From contig CAVZVA010000010.1 of NCBI GenBank assembly GCA_963778655.1, positions 1,280,001 through 1,344,000 on the forward strand: 64,000 nt of DNA. The letters run 5' to 3'. The notes under the pieces are model-generated. The model worked only from the letters and a program-made list of their open reading frames with translations, was not told the DNA's origin and ran no database searches. This stretch comes from an uncultured delta proteobacterium. GTDB taxonomy: Bacteria; Myxococcota_A; Polyangia; Polyangiales; JAFGIB01. Position 1 is the stretch's first letter; every line of letters starts with the position of its first letter. The translations under genes and the position numbers were made by a program. Shown here piece by piece: positions 10,131 through 19,489 of the stretch.

Positions 10131-11616
10131 AGCCGGCACGCGCGAGGTCGCGCTCGAGGTCGACTACGCGGTGGTCGGCAGCGGGGCCGGGGGCGCGACT
10201 GCGGCGGTGACGCTGGCGCGGGGCGGGCGCGAGGTGGCGCTGGTCGAGGCCGGCCCATGGCGCGACCCCGAGGACTATCCGTGCTCGGTGTACGGCACGA
10301 TGCGCGACATGATGGAGGATTGGGGCTCGCTGTTCACGCGCGGGCGCGCGTTCTGGCCGGTGGTGCAGGGCGCGCTGGTGGGCGGCTCCACGGTGATCAA
10401 CTCCGCGATCTGCGTGCGCACGCCGGGCGACGTGCTCGAGCGCTGGCAGCGCGAGCGCGGCATCGGCGGCGAGGCGATGGCGCACCAGATCTGGGAGCTG
10501 CAGGACGAGCTCGAGCGCGATCTGAACGCCGAGCGGCCGGCCGACGCCGCGCTCGGGCGCTCGAACAAGCTCGCGATGCAGGCCTCGGCCGCGCTCGGCT
10601 TCGAGGGCCACTACCTGCAGCGCTACGCCAAGGGCTGCGCCGGAAGCGGCAACTGCCTGCAGGGCTGCAAGGGCGAGAAGAAACAGAGCCTCAACGTGAC
10701 TTTCATACCGGAGCTGCTGCAACGCGGCGGTCACGTGCTGAGCTGCGCGCCTGCGCAGCGCGTGGTGCTCGAAGGCGGCCGCGCGGTCGGCGTGCGCGGG
10801 CGCTTCCGCCACCCGGCCACGCGCGCGGCCGGCGCGCCCTACTTCGTGCGCGCGCGCCGCGGCGTGCTGGTCGCGGCATCGGTCACCCACAGCCCGCTGC
10901 TGCTGCGGCAGTCGGGCCTGCGCCCGCCTGCGCTCGGGCGATATTTCCAGGCGCATCCGGGCTTGCCGCTGCTCGGGCTGTACGACGAGCCGATCGACAT
11001 GGGGCGCGGCGTGACCCAGGGTTGGGGCTCGTATGCGTTCCGCGACCGGCCCGGCTTCAAGCTCGAGACGCTGGGCCTGCCGCTCGACATGCTGGCCGGG
11101 CGGCTTTCCGGGGGCGGCCGGCTGCTGATGCAACGGCTGACCGAAGCCCGCCGGCTCGCGATGTGGGTGCAGGCGTGTCGCGCCGAGACGATCGGCTCGA
11201 TCGAGGCCGGCGCGCGCGGCAAGCCGATCGTGCGCTACACCCTGAACCGCGCGGACATGCTGCGCGTGCGCGAGGCTTTCTTGGTGCTCGCGCGCATGCA
11301 CTTCGCCGCGGGTGCCCGGGCCGTGCTGCCCGGGATCTTCGGCCTGCCGTATTCGCTCGGGCAGGACGAGCTGCAGGTGCTGGAGGCGGCGCCGCTCGAC
11401 CCGCGCGCGTACGTCGCCATCCTGTCACACCTGTTCGGCGGCTGCGTGATGGGCAAGGACCCGAGCAGCTCGGTCTGCGACGCGCGCGGCCGCGTGCACG
11501 GGGTCGACGGCTTGCTGGTGGTGGACGCGTCGGTGATGCCCACCAACCTCGGCGTGAACCCGCAGCACACGATCATGGCGCTGGCGCGGCTGTTCGCGCG
11601 GCGCTTGCTCGACTGA
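10111..11616 (+). CDS. GMC family FAD oxidoreductase
   Basis: VVGSGAGG FAD motif, VGGSTVINS, CAGSGNCLQGC, HLFGGCVMG, VVDASVMPTNLGVNPQHTIMAL. Confidence 0.92.
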   Translation: MSHIAFEAGTREVALEVDYAVVGSGAGGATAAVTLARGGREVALVEAGPWRDPEDYPCSVYGTMRDMMEDWGSLFTRGRAFWPVVQGALVGGSTVINSAICVRTPGDVLERWQRERGIGGEAMAHQIWELQDELERDLNAERPADAALGRSNKLAMQASAALGFEGHYLQRYAKGCAGSGNCLQGCKGEKKQSLNVTFIPELLQRGGHVLSCAPAQRVVLEGGRAVGVRGRFRHPATRAAGAPYFVRARRGVLVAASVTHSPLLLRQSGLRPPALGRYFQAHPGLPLLGLYDEPIDMGRGVTQGWGSYAFRDRPGFKLETLGLPLDMLAGRLSGGGRLLMQRLTEARRLAMWVQACRAETIGSIEAGARGKPIVRYTLNRADMLRVREAFLVLARMHFAAGARAVLPGIFGLPYSLGQDELQVLEAAPLDPRAYVAILSHLFGGCVMGKDPSSSVCDARGRVHGVDGLLVVDASVMPTNLGVNPQHTIMALARLFARRLLD

Positions 11617-11717
11617 GCCAGCGGCGCGCCGCATCCAGGAAGATTGCGGGATACCAGCCCGGCGTGCGGCGCAAGGACGGCTGACCCGTTCGAGCTTCGG
11701 TAGGGAACTATGCCGGC

Positions 11718-12617
11718 ATGATGTACATGCGTCTGGCTCCCCTGCTCGCCCTCGCGTATCTGGCTTGCGGTTGCGCCGCCGATGCTTCGGGCAGCGGCGG
11801 ATCCCCTGGCTTTTCCGCGGTTTCGGGAACAGGCGGCACACCCGCGATCGTAGGCGGATCGGGCGGAATCGGCTCCGGCGGCAGCGGCCAGGGCACCGGC
11901 GGCGCGACCGGAGTCGGGGTTGCGATGGGCACCGGTGGTGCGGGCGCGGTCGGCACCGGCGGCGCGGCCGCGCTCGGGACGGGCGGTGTTGGCGCTGGCA
12001 CCGGCGGCATGAGCGCGGGCGGGACGGGCGGCACGACGGCGGTCGGCACTGGCGGCATGGCCGCGGGTGGGACGGGCGGCATGGCGGCAGGCGGGACCGG
12101 CGGCATGGCGGCAGGCGGAAGCGGCGGCAGCGGGGCGGCCGGAAGCGCGGGCTCAGGCGGCTGCACCCAGAACCTTTCGTGCCAGCTCGCCGCGCCGGCG
12201 AGCAGCGGCGACATCCGTCAGGACTGCGTCGATCGGATCAACCAGTTCCGCACGCAGTGCGCGTGCCTGCCACCGCTTCAGCGCTGGACCGACGGCGAGG
12301 CGTGCGCCGATCAGATGGCGCAGTACGACAGCACCATGCCGAGCAGCCCCCACGCGGGTTTCATGAACCATGTCTGCAGCGGAGGCTCGGCCCAGGACGA
12401 GTGCCCCGGCTACGGTTCCAACGATCAGGTGATCGGCCTCTGCCTGCAGCAGATGTGGAACGAGGGGCCACCCCCGCAGTCGTCCTGTACGGGAAGCTGC
12501 TTTCAGATGTACGGGCACTTCATCAACATGACCAGCACCATGTCGACCAAGGTCGCGTGCGGCTTCGCCACCAACTCGACCGGCCAGATCTGGGCGGTCC
12601 AGAACTTTTCCTGGTAG
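11718..12617 (+). CDS. Lipoprotein with Gly/Thr-rich linker and C-terminal CAP/SCP-like domain
   Basis: Lipobox LACGC; GTGG repeats; CVDRINQFR, MWNEG, GHFINM, VACG, WAVQNF. Confidence 0.8.
   Translation: MMYMRLAPLLALAYLACGCAADASGSGGSPGFSAVSGTGGTPAIVGGSGGIGSGGSGQGTGGATGVGVAMGTGGAGAVGTGGAAALGTGGVGAGTGGMSAGGTGGTTAVGTGGMAAGGTGGMAAGGTGGMAAGGSGGSGAAGSAGSGGCTQNLSCQLAAPASSGDIRQDCVDRINQFRTQCACLPPLQRWTDGEACADQMAQYDSTMPSSPHAGFMNHVCSGGSAQDECPGYGSNDQVIGLCLQQMWNEGPPPQSSCTGSCFQMYGHFINMTSTMSTKVACGFATNSTGQIWAVQNFSW
11985..12130 (+). repeat. Coding tandem repeat of about 24 bp (GTGGMAAG units)
   Basis: ggcactggcggcatggccgcgggt / gggacgggcggcatggcggcaggc / gggaccggcggcatggcggcaggc. Confidence 0.8.
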
Positions 12618-12647
12618 GGCGCGCTGCGGACGGCATCGGCGCACCAC

Positions 12648-12991
12648 TCACGCTTCCAAGCATGCCTCGATGCGGAGGTCGGGAACCAGCCAAATCAGCG
12701 CGACCAGCGCGTAGATCGCGGTCGAGAGCCAGTGCTGCAGGAACGGGGTTGGAATCGCCACCACGTACAGTGCCGCCGGCAGCTTGCCCTTGAGATCGCG
12801 GCCGAGCTCGCGCGCGAGCGCCGAGTGGGTGCCCTGACGCCGGATGATCGCGGTCTGCAGGATCAGGTAGGCCACGCCCGCGAGCAGCAGCACGCCGCCG
12901 TAGATCGCGGCCGGCACCGACTCGAGGCAGTTCGCGCTGATCAGAATCGCGATCACGCCGTCGCTGAACCCTCGAGCCGCGTCTTGCTCAT
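12648..12991 (-). pseudogene. TMEM175-family K+ channel, frameshifted and internally deleted
   Basis: MSKTRLE-(GG, one base missing)-FSDGVIAILI matches the TMEM175 RLEAFSDGVIAI signature, then jumps to the C-terminal half (VPAAIYG...WLVPDLRIE). Confidence 0.8.
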
Positions 12992-13001
12992 CCGCGTGCC
13001 G

Positions 13002-13448
13002 TCAGGCTGCGGAGCTGCGCTGTAGCAATGAGACCAGCAACCCTAGAAAGTCGCTCTCGGTCACGATGCCGACCAGCTCGTCGTCTTCCTTCACCACCGG
13101 CAGACAGCTGACCTTCGCCTCGTACAGCAGCCGCGCCGCCTCGGCCAGCGGCGTCTCCGGGGTCACGCGCAGCGGATCGCGCGTCATCACCTTGACCACG
13201 AAGGTGTTCTGCTCGAGGCGCCGCTCGGTCGAGGCGCCTGCGGCGCTGTGCGCCATCAGCTCGCTCAGCGTGAGCCGCAGCACGTCCTGATGGCTGAGCA
13301 GGCCCACCAGACGCTTGCCATCGACCACGGGCAGGTGCCGCACGTGCAGCCGGCTCATGAGCCGCGCAACCTGCTCGAGATTGTCCTCCTCCCGCACCAC
13401 CTCGGGTGCATGGGTCATGATCTCGGCGACGATGCTGGGGACAGCCAT
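13002..13448 (-). CDS. CBS-domain pair protein
   Basis: VAEIMT, VRHLPVVDGKRLVGLLS, LPVV..LVGIVTESDF; AGGAG RBS. Confidence 0.92.
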   Translation of the reverse strand: MAVPSIVAEIMTHAPEVVREEDNLEQVARLMSRLHVRHLPVVDGKRLVGLLSHQDVLRLTLSELMAHSAAGASTERRLEQNTFVVKVMTRDPLRVTPETPLAEAARLLYEAKVSCLPVVKEDDELVGIVTESDFLGLLVSLLQRSSAA

Positions 13449-13639
13449 GGAGTTCTCCTTCGGCTAGCGCTACAGGCTCGCACGCAACCAGGTCCGATCG
13501 CGCTCGATCCGCTACCCAATATACGCCCGTATGGCGGCAAAGGCAGCTTTGGGGGCTCGGCACAGTCGGCGCTGCACCGGCTGTCGAGGCACTGCAGCAT
13601 CCGGGTGACTATGCATCGGGATGGGTCGGGAAAGCCGTT

Positions 13640-14014
13640 TCAGATCGAATTCATCATGCCGGGCATGCCGGTCACGACTTGCGGGGCGCCTTCGACCAGC
13701 ACCACCGGCACGCCGACCAGGGGAAAGGTGGTGCCCTTGATCTTGTGGCTGACGACGTCGAGCAACGCGCCGGCCTCGTTGCCCGAGCACATCGCGGTCT
13801 TGCCCTTCAAGTTGAGCAGCTTGCTGCTACCGCCGCCCTCCTTGGTCTTGTCCGTACCCTGGGCGAGCATGGCGGTGTCGCCCATGATCGGATAGGGCAT
13901 CGGCAGCGGGCTCGGCGCCGCGGGCGTCATGCACATGTTGGGCGCCATGCCCATGACTTGGTGCGAGCTCTTTTCAGTGACCATATCCATTCCGAGTGCG
14001 GTCAGCGTAGGCAT
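13640..14014 (-). CDS. Stand-alone PAAR-like (DUF4150) spike-tip protein
   Basis: PNMCMTPAAPSPLPMPYP, SGNEAG, VLVEG; GAGGAGG RBS. Confidence 0.85.
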   Translation of the reverse strand: MPTLTALGMDMVTEKSSHQVMGMAPNMCMTPAAPSPLPMPYPIMGDTAMLAQGTDKTKEGGGSSKLLNLKGKTAMCSGNEAGALLDVVSHKIKGTTFPLVGVPVVLVEGAPQVVTGMPGMMNSI

Positions 14015-14057
14015 CGGGGGCCTCCTCGTCGCGTGGGGTCCGAGTCAGAACGGATCA

Positions 14058-14119
14058 CAGGAAGCCGAGATGGCGGGAAGAGTGAATTGGTGCACTCTTC
14101 CCGTCTTCGCGTCTTCCTG
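14058..14119. promoter_or_regulatory. Long intergenic hairpin upstream of the PAAR gene
   Basis: CAGGAAG..GGCGGGAAGAGTG-loop-CACTCTTCCCGTC..CTTCCTG. Confidence 0.7.
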
Positions 14120-14152
14120 CTGAATCTTCGGTAGAGCATGTTTCTGCTCGAG

Positions 14153-14620
14153 CTAGTTGAGCTTGATCGCCTTGCCCAGGATGCGGGTCAGCAGCCTGCC
14201 CCGGACCAGCAGCTCGTCGCCGAACAGCTCGGTCGTCTGCGCGCGTAGGCGCAAGAACGAGCGCGGGGTCGCAAGCAACGCTTCCTCGGCGCGCAGCTTC
14301 AGGCGCTTGACGCTGGCCTCGAGGTTGCCCTTGCGATCGATCTCGAGGCTGCGTGCGGTCGCGAGCGCCCCCACCACGCAGGGCCCGCTCGGGTCGATCA
14401 CCACGCGCGCGCCGCGCGCGCACGCCTGCTCGACCAGCGCGGGATCCACGCTGGGATCGATCTCGCACTCGATTTCGCGCGTACCGGCCCGCACCCGGGC
14501 ACGGGTGCCCTGCACACAGGTGACCAGCCCGAGCACGATCGGCGAAGCGGCGAGCTCGTTATCGGCGCAGCCACCGCGTGCCGATCCCGTCTCGCTCGTA
14601 AACGCTGCGTCGTATGCCAT
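14153..14620 (-). CDS. DUF6484-like T6SS-associated protein
   Basis: Position between vgrG and PAAR; PCVVGAL; beta-rich end ILGKAIKLN; GAGGAGG RBS. Confidence 0.6.
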   Translation of the reverse strand: MAYDAAFTSETGSARGGCADNELAASPIVLGLVTCVQGTRARVRAGTREIECEIDPSVDPALVEQACARGARVVIDPSGPCVVGALATARSLEIDRKGNLEASVKRLKLRAEEALLATPRSFLRLRAQTTELFGDELLVRGRLLTRILGKAIKLN

Positions 14621-14630
14621 GTCGTCCTCC

Positions 14631-17288
14631 TCAACCTGGCCCGATCGACACCGGGTCCAGCGTGATCTCGTCTCCCTCGATGCTGATCTTTTGCAGGCCC
14701 GAGAAAGCGACTCCGCCGCCGTCGATGATGACCTTGGCCATCCCGCACACCAGCGCCACGCTGCTCTTGGCCTTGAGCTTGAGCTTCTTGGTCTTGAGTG
14801 CAGCCCCCTTCTTGCCCACCAGGGTGTGGCTGCCGCCGATGCTCTGCGAGAGCGCGCCCCCGATCTGGATCGAGGCCGCGGCGCCGGCGTCGATGCTGAT
14901 GTCGCTCTCGGCCTTGACCGTGTAGACGCCGACCGTCTCGGCCTTGGCCTCGCCCGTGTTCTCGACGCGGCCGCCCTTGATCGTCTCGAGGCGCGCGGCC
15001 GCGATCGTCTCGCGCCGGTTGCCGCCGATACCCTGCGAGATGCCCTGCGCGCTGCTGATGGCGACCAGTGCGCCGATGGTCTCGCTCACGTCCCCGGCTA
15101 CGCTCGTGGTCCAGTTGCCGGAGCCCCCGCCACCGCCACCGCCGTCCCCGCCAGCGCCACCGCCACCACCCCCGTCCCCGCCGCCGAGGGCAGCCTGGGC
15201 TGCGGCGCTGACCTTGGGCGCCAGCTCCGCGCTCGCTGCCGCCGCCGCGAGCCCGGTGGCCGTGTCGAGATCGGTCGCCTTGTCCAGGCTCACCAGCGCG
15301 CCGGCCGCCTCGCCGAGCGCGGTGACGGTCGCGTTGCCGCCCGACAGCAGCGCCGCTGCCGGTCCGGCGTACTTCGCCGCCGTGCCCAGCGCGGCCTTGG
15401 CGCTCGTCAGCGCCGGCATCAGCGGGCCGAGCGCGCGCGCGCCCAGGCGCTGCGCCGCGCTGGAGGCCGCGCTCACCGCGCCGCTGATCGCCTCGCTGGC
15501 GAGCAGCGAGATCAATGCCGAGACGATCGAGCCGACCTCGATCGTCTCGGCTGCGCCCACGCTGCGGGTGTAGGCGCCCGCGGTGTCCTCGGTGGCGTTG
15601 CCGTTGATCTTGGTGGTGCGGTTGGCGCCGACGTCCAGCTTCTGGTTCTTCGACACCGTGTCGGAAAAGCTCGCCGCGTAGCTCTCGCTGTCGTTGCCGT
15701 TCACGCTGAGCTTGCGGTTCTTGGCCACGCCGTGGGTCGTGGCCTTGGCGACCTGGAGCTTCTTGTCGTGCGCCACGCTGGTGTTGAGGTCGTATTGGGC
15801 GTGCAGCTCCACCATCTCAGCGCCCGCCTGGTCGTCGAAGCGCAGCAGGTTGTAGCCGTCGCCGCCGACGCTGTCGGAGCGCACCGTGGAGACGGTCTTT
15901 TGCGCGGGCAGCTGCGCCGGCGGTGGGAAGAAGGGATTGTACAGCCGCCCAAGGCACAGCGGCCGGTCGGGGTTGCCCTCCACGAACTCGACCAGCACCT
16001 CCCAGCCGATGCGCGGCATGGCCAGCGAGCCGGTGGTATGGCCCTGCGCCACGCGCACCCAGCACGAGGTCGTGTCGTCGAGCTTGCCTTCGCGGTCCCA
16101 GTGAAACTGCAGCTTGACCCGACCCAGGTCGTCGAAGTGCACCTCCTGCCCCTGCGGTCCGGTCACGCGTGCGGTTTGCAAGCCGACCACGCGCGGCCGC
16201 GGCGTGAGGCGCTCGGGCCGGTAGGGGATCGCCAGCGGCTGCAGCTCGAGGTCGATATTGCACACCGCCTCGCGCCCGGCGCCGGCGCTCGCCCGGGGCC
16301 GTCCCTCGGTCGCGCGCAGCACGACCTCGAAGCTCACCGCGCGCACGAAGTGCTCACCGTCGTCGCTGGTGGGATGGCCGTCCAGCGTCAGCTGCTTGCC
16401 CGCCATTGCGGTGAGCGCGTTGGTGCGCACGCGGGTAGCGAGCGCTGCGCCCACCTGCTCGTCGAGCCGCGCCTGAGCAAGCTGCTTCTGGCGCGTCGGG
16501 TCCACGCAGCCGCTCGGAAACTCGTAGTGCTCCGCCGCGAACGCGCCGGCCTGCTTGGCCTGCGCGCGCAGATCGATCGACGGGCGCAGCGGGTGACAGT
16601 CGCCGAGCGAGACCCGCTCGACGCGCGCGCGCGCCGCCACTGTGAGCTCGCGCGCGCACAGCCGCCCCTCCATCCCGCCGACGAAGTCGAAGGGCAGGTA
16701 GTCCGGCTCCATCTTGTCGGCGTTTGCGCTGTCGTCCTGCAGCACCATCACGTGGCCGTCCTCAGCCTGCTCGAAGCGAAACCAGATGCCCTCTTCCTCG
16801 AGCAGCCGGCACACGAAGGCGTAGTCGCTCTCATCGTATTGCACGCAATACTCGCGCGGTGCGTACGAGCCGACGCGCCACTCGAACGCGCTCTCGGGCA
16901 GGCCGGCATCGGTGAACACCTGCTTGACGATGTCGACGCTGCTCTGCTGCTGGAAGATGCGGAAGCCACGGCGCAGGGTCAGCGTATGGGTCAGCGGGCG
17001 CAGCACCGCGCGATAGGCGTACAGGTCGAGCTCGCGGTTGGCCTCGACGCCGAGCACCTCGAGCGCCGCGACCAACCCGCAGATCGCGCGCTCGCCGTGC
17101 GGGCCACGCAGGCTGACCACCGCCTGGCTGGCGCGGAGCGCGTCGAGGTCCAGCTCCTCGGCCTCGAAGTCGACCACGTACTCGAAGCCGCGGCTGACCT
17201 CCTCGCGCCCGTGCACGGCCTCCACCCGCGAACGACCGGTGTAGTCGTGCAGGCTCAGCGTCGCTTCGATTCGGTCCTGGCTCGCCAT
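14631..17288 (-). CDS. vgrG: T6SS spike protein VgrG (copy 3) with Ala-rich hydrophobic insertion
   Basis: REYCVQYDESDYAFVCRLLEEEGI, GRVKLQFHWDR, SCWVRVAQ, PRIGWEVLVEFVEGNPDRP. Confidence 0.95.
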   Translation of the reverse strand: MASQDRIEATLSLHDYTGRSRVEAVHGREEVSRGFEYVVDFEAEELDLDALRASQAVVSLRGPHGERAICGLVAALEVLGVEANRELDLYAYRAVLRPLTHTLTLRRGFRIFQQQSSVDIVKQVFTDAGLPESAFEWRVGSYAPREYCVQYDESDYAFVCRLLEEEGIWFRFEQAEDGHVMVLQDDSANADKMEPDYLPFDFVGGMEGRLCARELTVAARARVERVSLGDCHPLRPSIDLRAQAKQAGAFAAEHYEFPSGCVDPTRQKQLAQARLDEQVGAALATRVRTNALTAMAGKQLTLDGHPTSDDGEHFVRAVSFEVVLRATEGRPRASAGAGREAVCNIDLELQPLAIPYRPERLTPRPRVVGLQTARVTGPQGQEVHFDDLGRVKLQFHWDREGKLDDTTSCWVRVAQGHTTGSLAMPRIGWEVLVEFVEGNPDRPLCLGRLYNPFFPPPAQLPAQKTVSTVRSDSVGGDGYNLLRFDDQAGAEMVELHAQYDLNTSVAHDKKLQVAKATTHGVAKNRKLSVNGNDSESYAASFSDTVSKNQKLDVGANRTTKINGNATEDTAGAYTRSVGAAETIEVGSIVSALISLLASEAISGAVSAASSAAQRLGARALGPLMPALTSAKAALGTAAKYAGPAAALLSGGNATVTALGEAAGALVSLDKATDLDTATGLAAAAASAELAPKVSAAAQAALGGGDGGGGGGAGGDGGGGGGGSGNWTTSVAGDVSETIGALVAISSAQGISQGIGGNRRETIAAARLETIKGGRVENTGEAKAETVGVYTVKAESDISIDAGAAASIQIGGALSQSIGGSHTLVGKKGAALKTKKLKLKAKSSVALVCGMAKVIIDGGGVAFSGLQKISIEGDEITLDPVSIGPG

Positions 17289-17290
17289 CG

Positions 17291-19486
17291 TCAGTTGGTT
17301 TTGTGCGTGATCTGCGCGAAGGCCTTCGAGTTGCTAATAGTGATCTTCTTGGCCTTGACCTGGATCTCGCCCGTCTTCTTGAGCGTGAAGGTCACCTTCC
17401 CTGCGGAGAACGTCAGCTTGTCGTCCGCCGTGAAGGTGATGTTGTCCGCCTCTACGCTGATGCCGCTGGCCTCGACCTTGAGCTTGCCTTCTGTGCTGTC
17501 GCTGCGGTCCTTGCTGGTCTTGACCTTCTGCCCGCTCACCTTCTCGACGTAGGCCTGCTCGGTCGAGATCCCGACCGTCTTGGCCGACACCAGCTTGAGC
17601 GCGGCCACCGTCTCGATGCGTGCGCCCGATACGGTGGAGCTCTTGCCCTTGGCTACGGTTTCGGCCCAGGCCGCGCCCACGTCGACCTCGGAGTTGCCCG
17701 AGATCTTGCGGGTGAAGCCGCTGACCACCAGCACGTTTTGCATCGCCCCAATCGTGCGCGCGAGCTTGCCCGCGATCACCTCGACCTGATCGCCGCCGAC
17801 GGCGGCGTGGCGCATCGCGCCGATGGTGACGCTCTGGCTGCCGCCGGTGCCATCGTCGAGATCGCCGCCGACGTCGATGGTCTGCATGCCGCCGACAGTC
17901 GTGCTGCGGTTGCCGCTCACGCTGGTGGTGCTGTCTTCGGTGACCGAGCGCTTGACGTTCGCGCCGACCTCCAGCGTCTCGTCCTTGCCCACGTTCCAGG
18001 TCATCGTGTTCTCGACCCGCACGGACATGTCGTAGGAGGCGTTGATCATCACCTCCTCGGCGCCCGCGCTGTCGGCGAAGCGCAGCTCGTTGGCGCCCGC
18101 GCCGCCGTCGGTGGTGGCGGACTGCACCGAGCTGGTGGTGAGCCGATCGGCACCGTAGGGCGGCATCGACTCCTCGCTGTAGAGATGACCCTCGACGTAA
18201 GGCCGATCGATGTCGCCCAGCTCGTGGCCGACCATCACCTCGAAGCCCACCCGCGGGAGGATCATCGAGCCGCTTAGCATCAGCTGCCCCACGCGCAGAA
18301 AGCTCGAGCTCTTGTCGTCGGTCGTGCCCGAGCGGTCCCAGGGGAAGCGCACCTTGACGCGGCCCTGCTCGTCGCCGTGCAGCTCCTGGCCGGCCGGGCC
18401 GGTGACGAACGCACGCTCGGGCCCGGCTGGCTGCGGCGGCAGCGGCGCGTGCTGCGGCCGGAAGGGCACCTCGCGCGGGATGGCGAGGAAGCGGTTGCGG
18501 TAGGCAGCCGGGGTTGCCGGGTCGCGCACCTGACCTTCGTGGTCCACGGCGAGCAGCAGGATCTCGCCGCTCAGCGCCGGGCGCAGGTCGCTGTCGAGCT
18601 GCAGGTGGCGGCCCGGCGCAAGGTGCGGGAAGTAGCTGCCGCCGCGCAGGCTGCGGCCCTCCATGCGGAGCCGCTCGAGCATGCGCTGGGCGCGGGTGTC
18701 CAGCTGCAGGTGGCCGCCCGGGTGATCGTAGACCTCACGCGAGGGCGACGTGCCGCTGGGCACGCTCGCGTCCGGGCTGGCGGCCGGATGCTTGGGGTCG
18801 TACTCGCGCAACATCGCGCCGTCGGGCGTGGCACGCAGCTCTTCGCGCAGCTCGAACACGGTGTCGGGCCGCATGTCTTGACGCCGCCTGTCGACCAGGC
18901 CCTGCAGACCGTCGATCGCGAGCAACGCGTTGCCGTCGTCGAAGAAGACCACGCGCTCGCGGTCGGGATCGTTCTGCACCAGAAAGCCGATGCCCTCCTC
19001 GAACAGCAGCCGGCGCGCGAAGTCGTAGTCGCTCTCCGCGTACTGGATCACGGTCTCGTGCAGGGGCCCCTTCTGCACGTGCATGTCGATCGCATCCGGC
19101 GGTATGCCGCCATCGCTCAGCACCTGTTGCACCACGTCGATCAGGCTCATATCGCGGAAGATTCGCGAATTGCGCCCCAGGCTGAGCAGGAACAGATTCG
19201 GCACGATCTCCACGTGCAGGCGGAATACCTTGTCGGAGACGGGGGTCAGCTCGGCGCTCCAGATCACGCCGTGGAAGCAGCGCTCGATCGCGGCCTCGAA
19301 GCGCACGTGCACCGCGGCCTTCTTGCCGAGCAGCGCCTCGGGGTCGACGCGCGCGCTGAGCGCGTCGGCCTCGACCCGGTAGCACTCCGACAGCCGCTCC
19401 TCGGCGCGGAATGCCAGAAAGGTGAGCGCGGTCGGATCCACTCCGTCGATCTCGAGCTCGAATTCCGCTTTGGGCGCGTCAGCCAT
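17291..19486 (-). CDS. vgrG: T6SS spike protein VgrG (copy 2)
   Basis: QYAESDYDFARRLLFEEGI, GRVKVRFPWDR, LPRVGFEV..GDIDRP, NELRFADSAG. Confidence 0.93.
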   Translation of the reverse strand: MADAPKAEFELEIDGVDPTALTFLAFRAEERLSECYRVEADALSARVDPEALLGKKAAVHVRFEAAIERCFHGVIWSAELTPVSDKVFRLHVEIVPNLFLLSLGRNSRIFRDMSLIDVVQQVLSDGGIPPDAIDMHVQKGPLHETVIQYAESDYDFARRLLFEEGIGFLVQNDPDRERVVFFDDGNALLAIDGLQGLVDRRRQDMRPDTVFELREELRATPDGAMLREYDPKHPAASPDASVPSGTSPSREVYDHPGGHLQLDTRAQRMLERLRMEGRSLRGGSYFPHLAPGRHLQLDSDLRPALSGEILLLAVDHEGQVRDPATPAAYRNRFLAIPREVPFRPQHAPLPPQPAGPERAFVTGPAGQELHGDEQGRVKVRFPWDRSGTTDDKSSSFLRVGQLMLSGSMILPRVGFEVMVGHELGDIDRPYVEGHLYSEESMPPYGADRLTTSSVQSATTDGGAGANELRFADSAGAEEVMINASYDMSVRVENTMTWNVGKDETLEVGANVKRSVTEDSTTSVSGNRSTTVGGMQTIDVGGDLDDGTGGSQSVTIGAMRHAAVGGDQVEVIAGKLARTIGAMQNVLVVSGFTRKISGNSEVDVGAAWAETVAKGKSSTVSGARIETVAALKLVSAKTVGISTEQAYVEKVSGQKVKTSKDRSDSTEGKLKVEASGISVEADNITFTADDKLTFSAGKVTFTLKKTGEIQVKAKKITISNSKAFAQITHKTN

Positions 19487-19489
19487 GGC

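Noticed and set aside
11830..12160. Gly-rich repeats as a CRISPR array or VNTR system
   Set aside because: Degenerate coding repeats without spacers; a common myxobacterial linker; no cas genes
14157..17552. 1131-aa plus-strand ORF, and similar long ORFs such as 60024-62885, 18377-20317 and 1326-3413
   Set aside because: Antisense shadows of well-supported genes; stop codons are scarce at this GC content and no motifs are present
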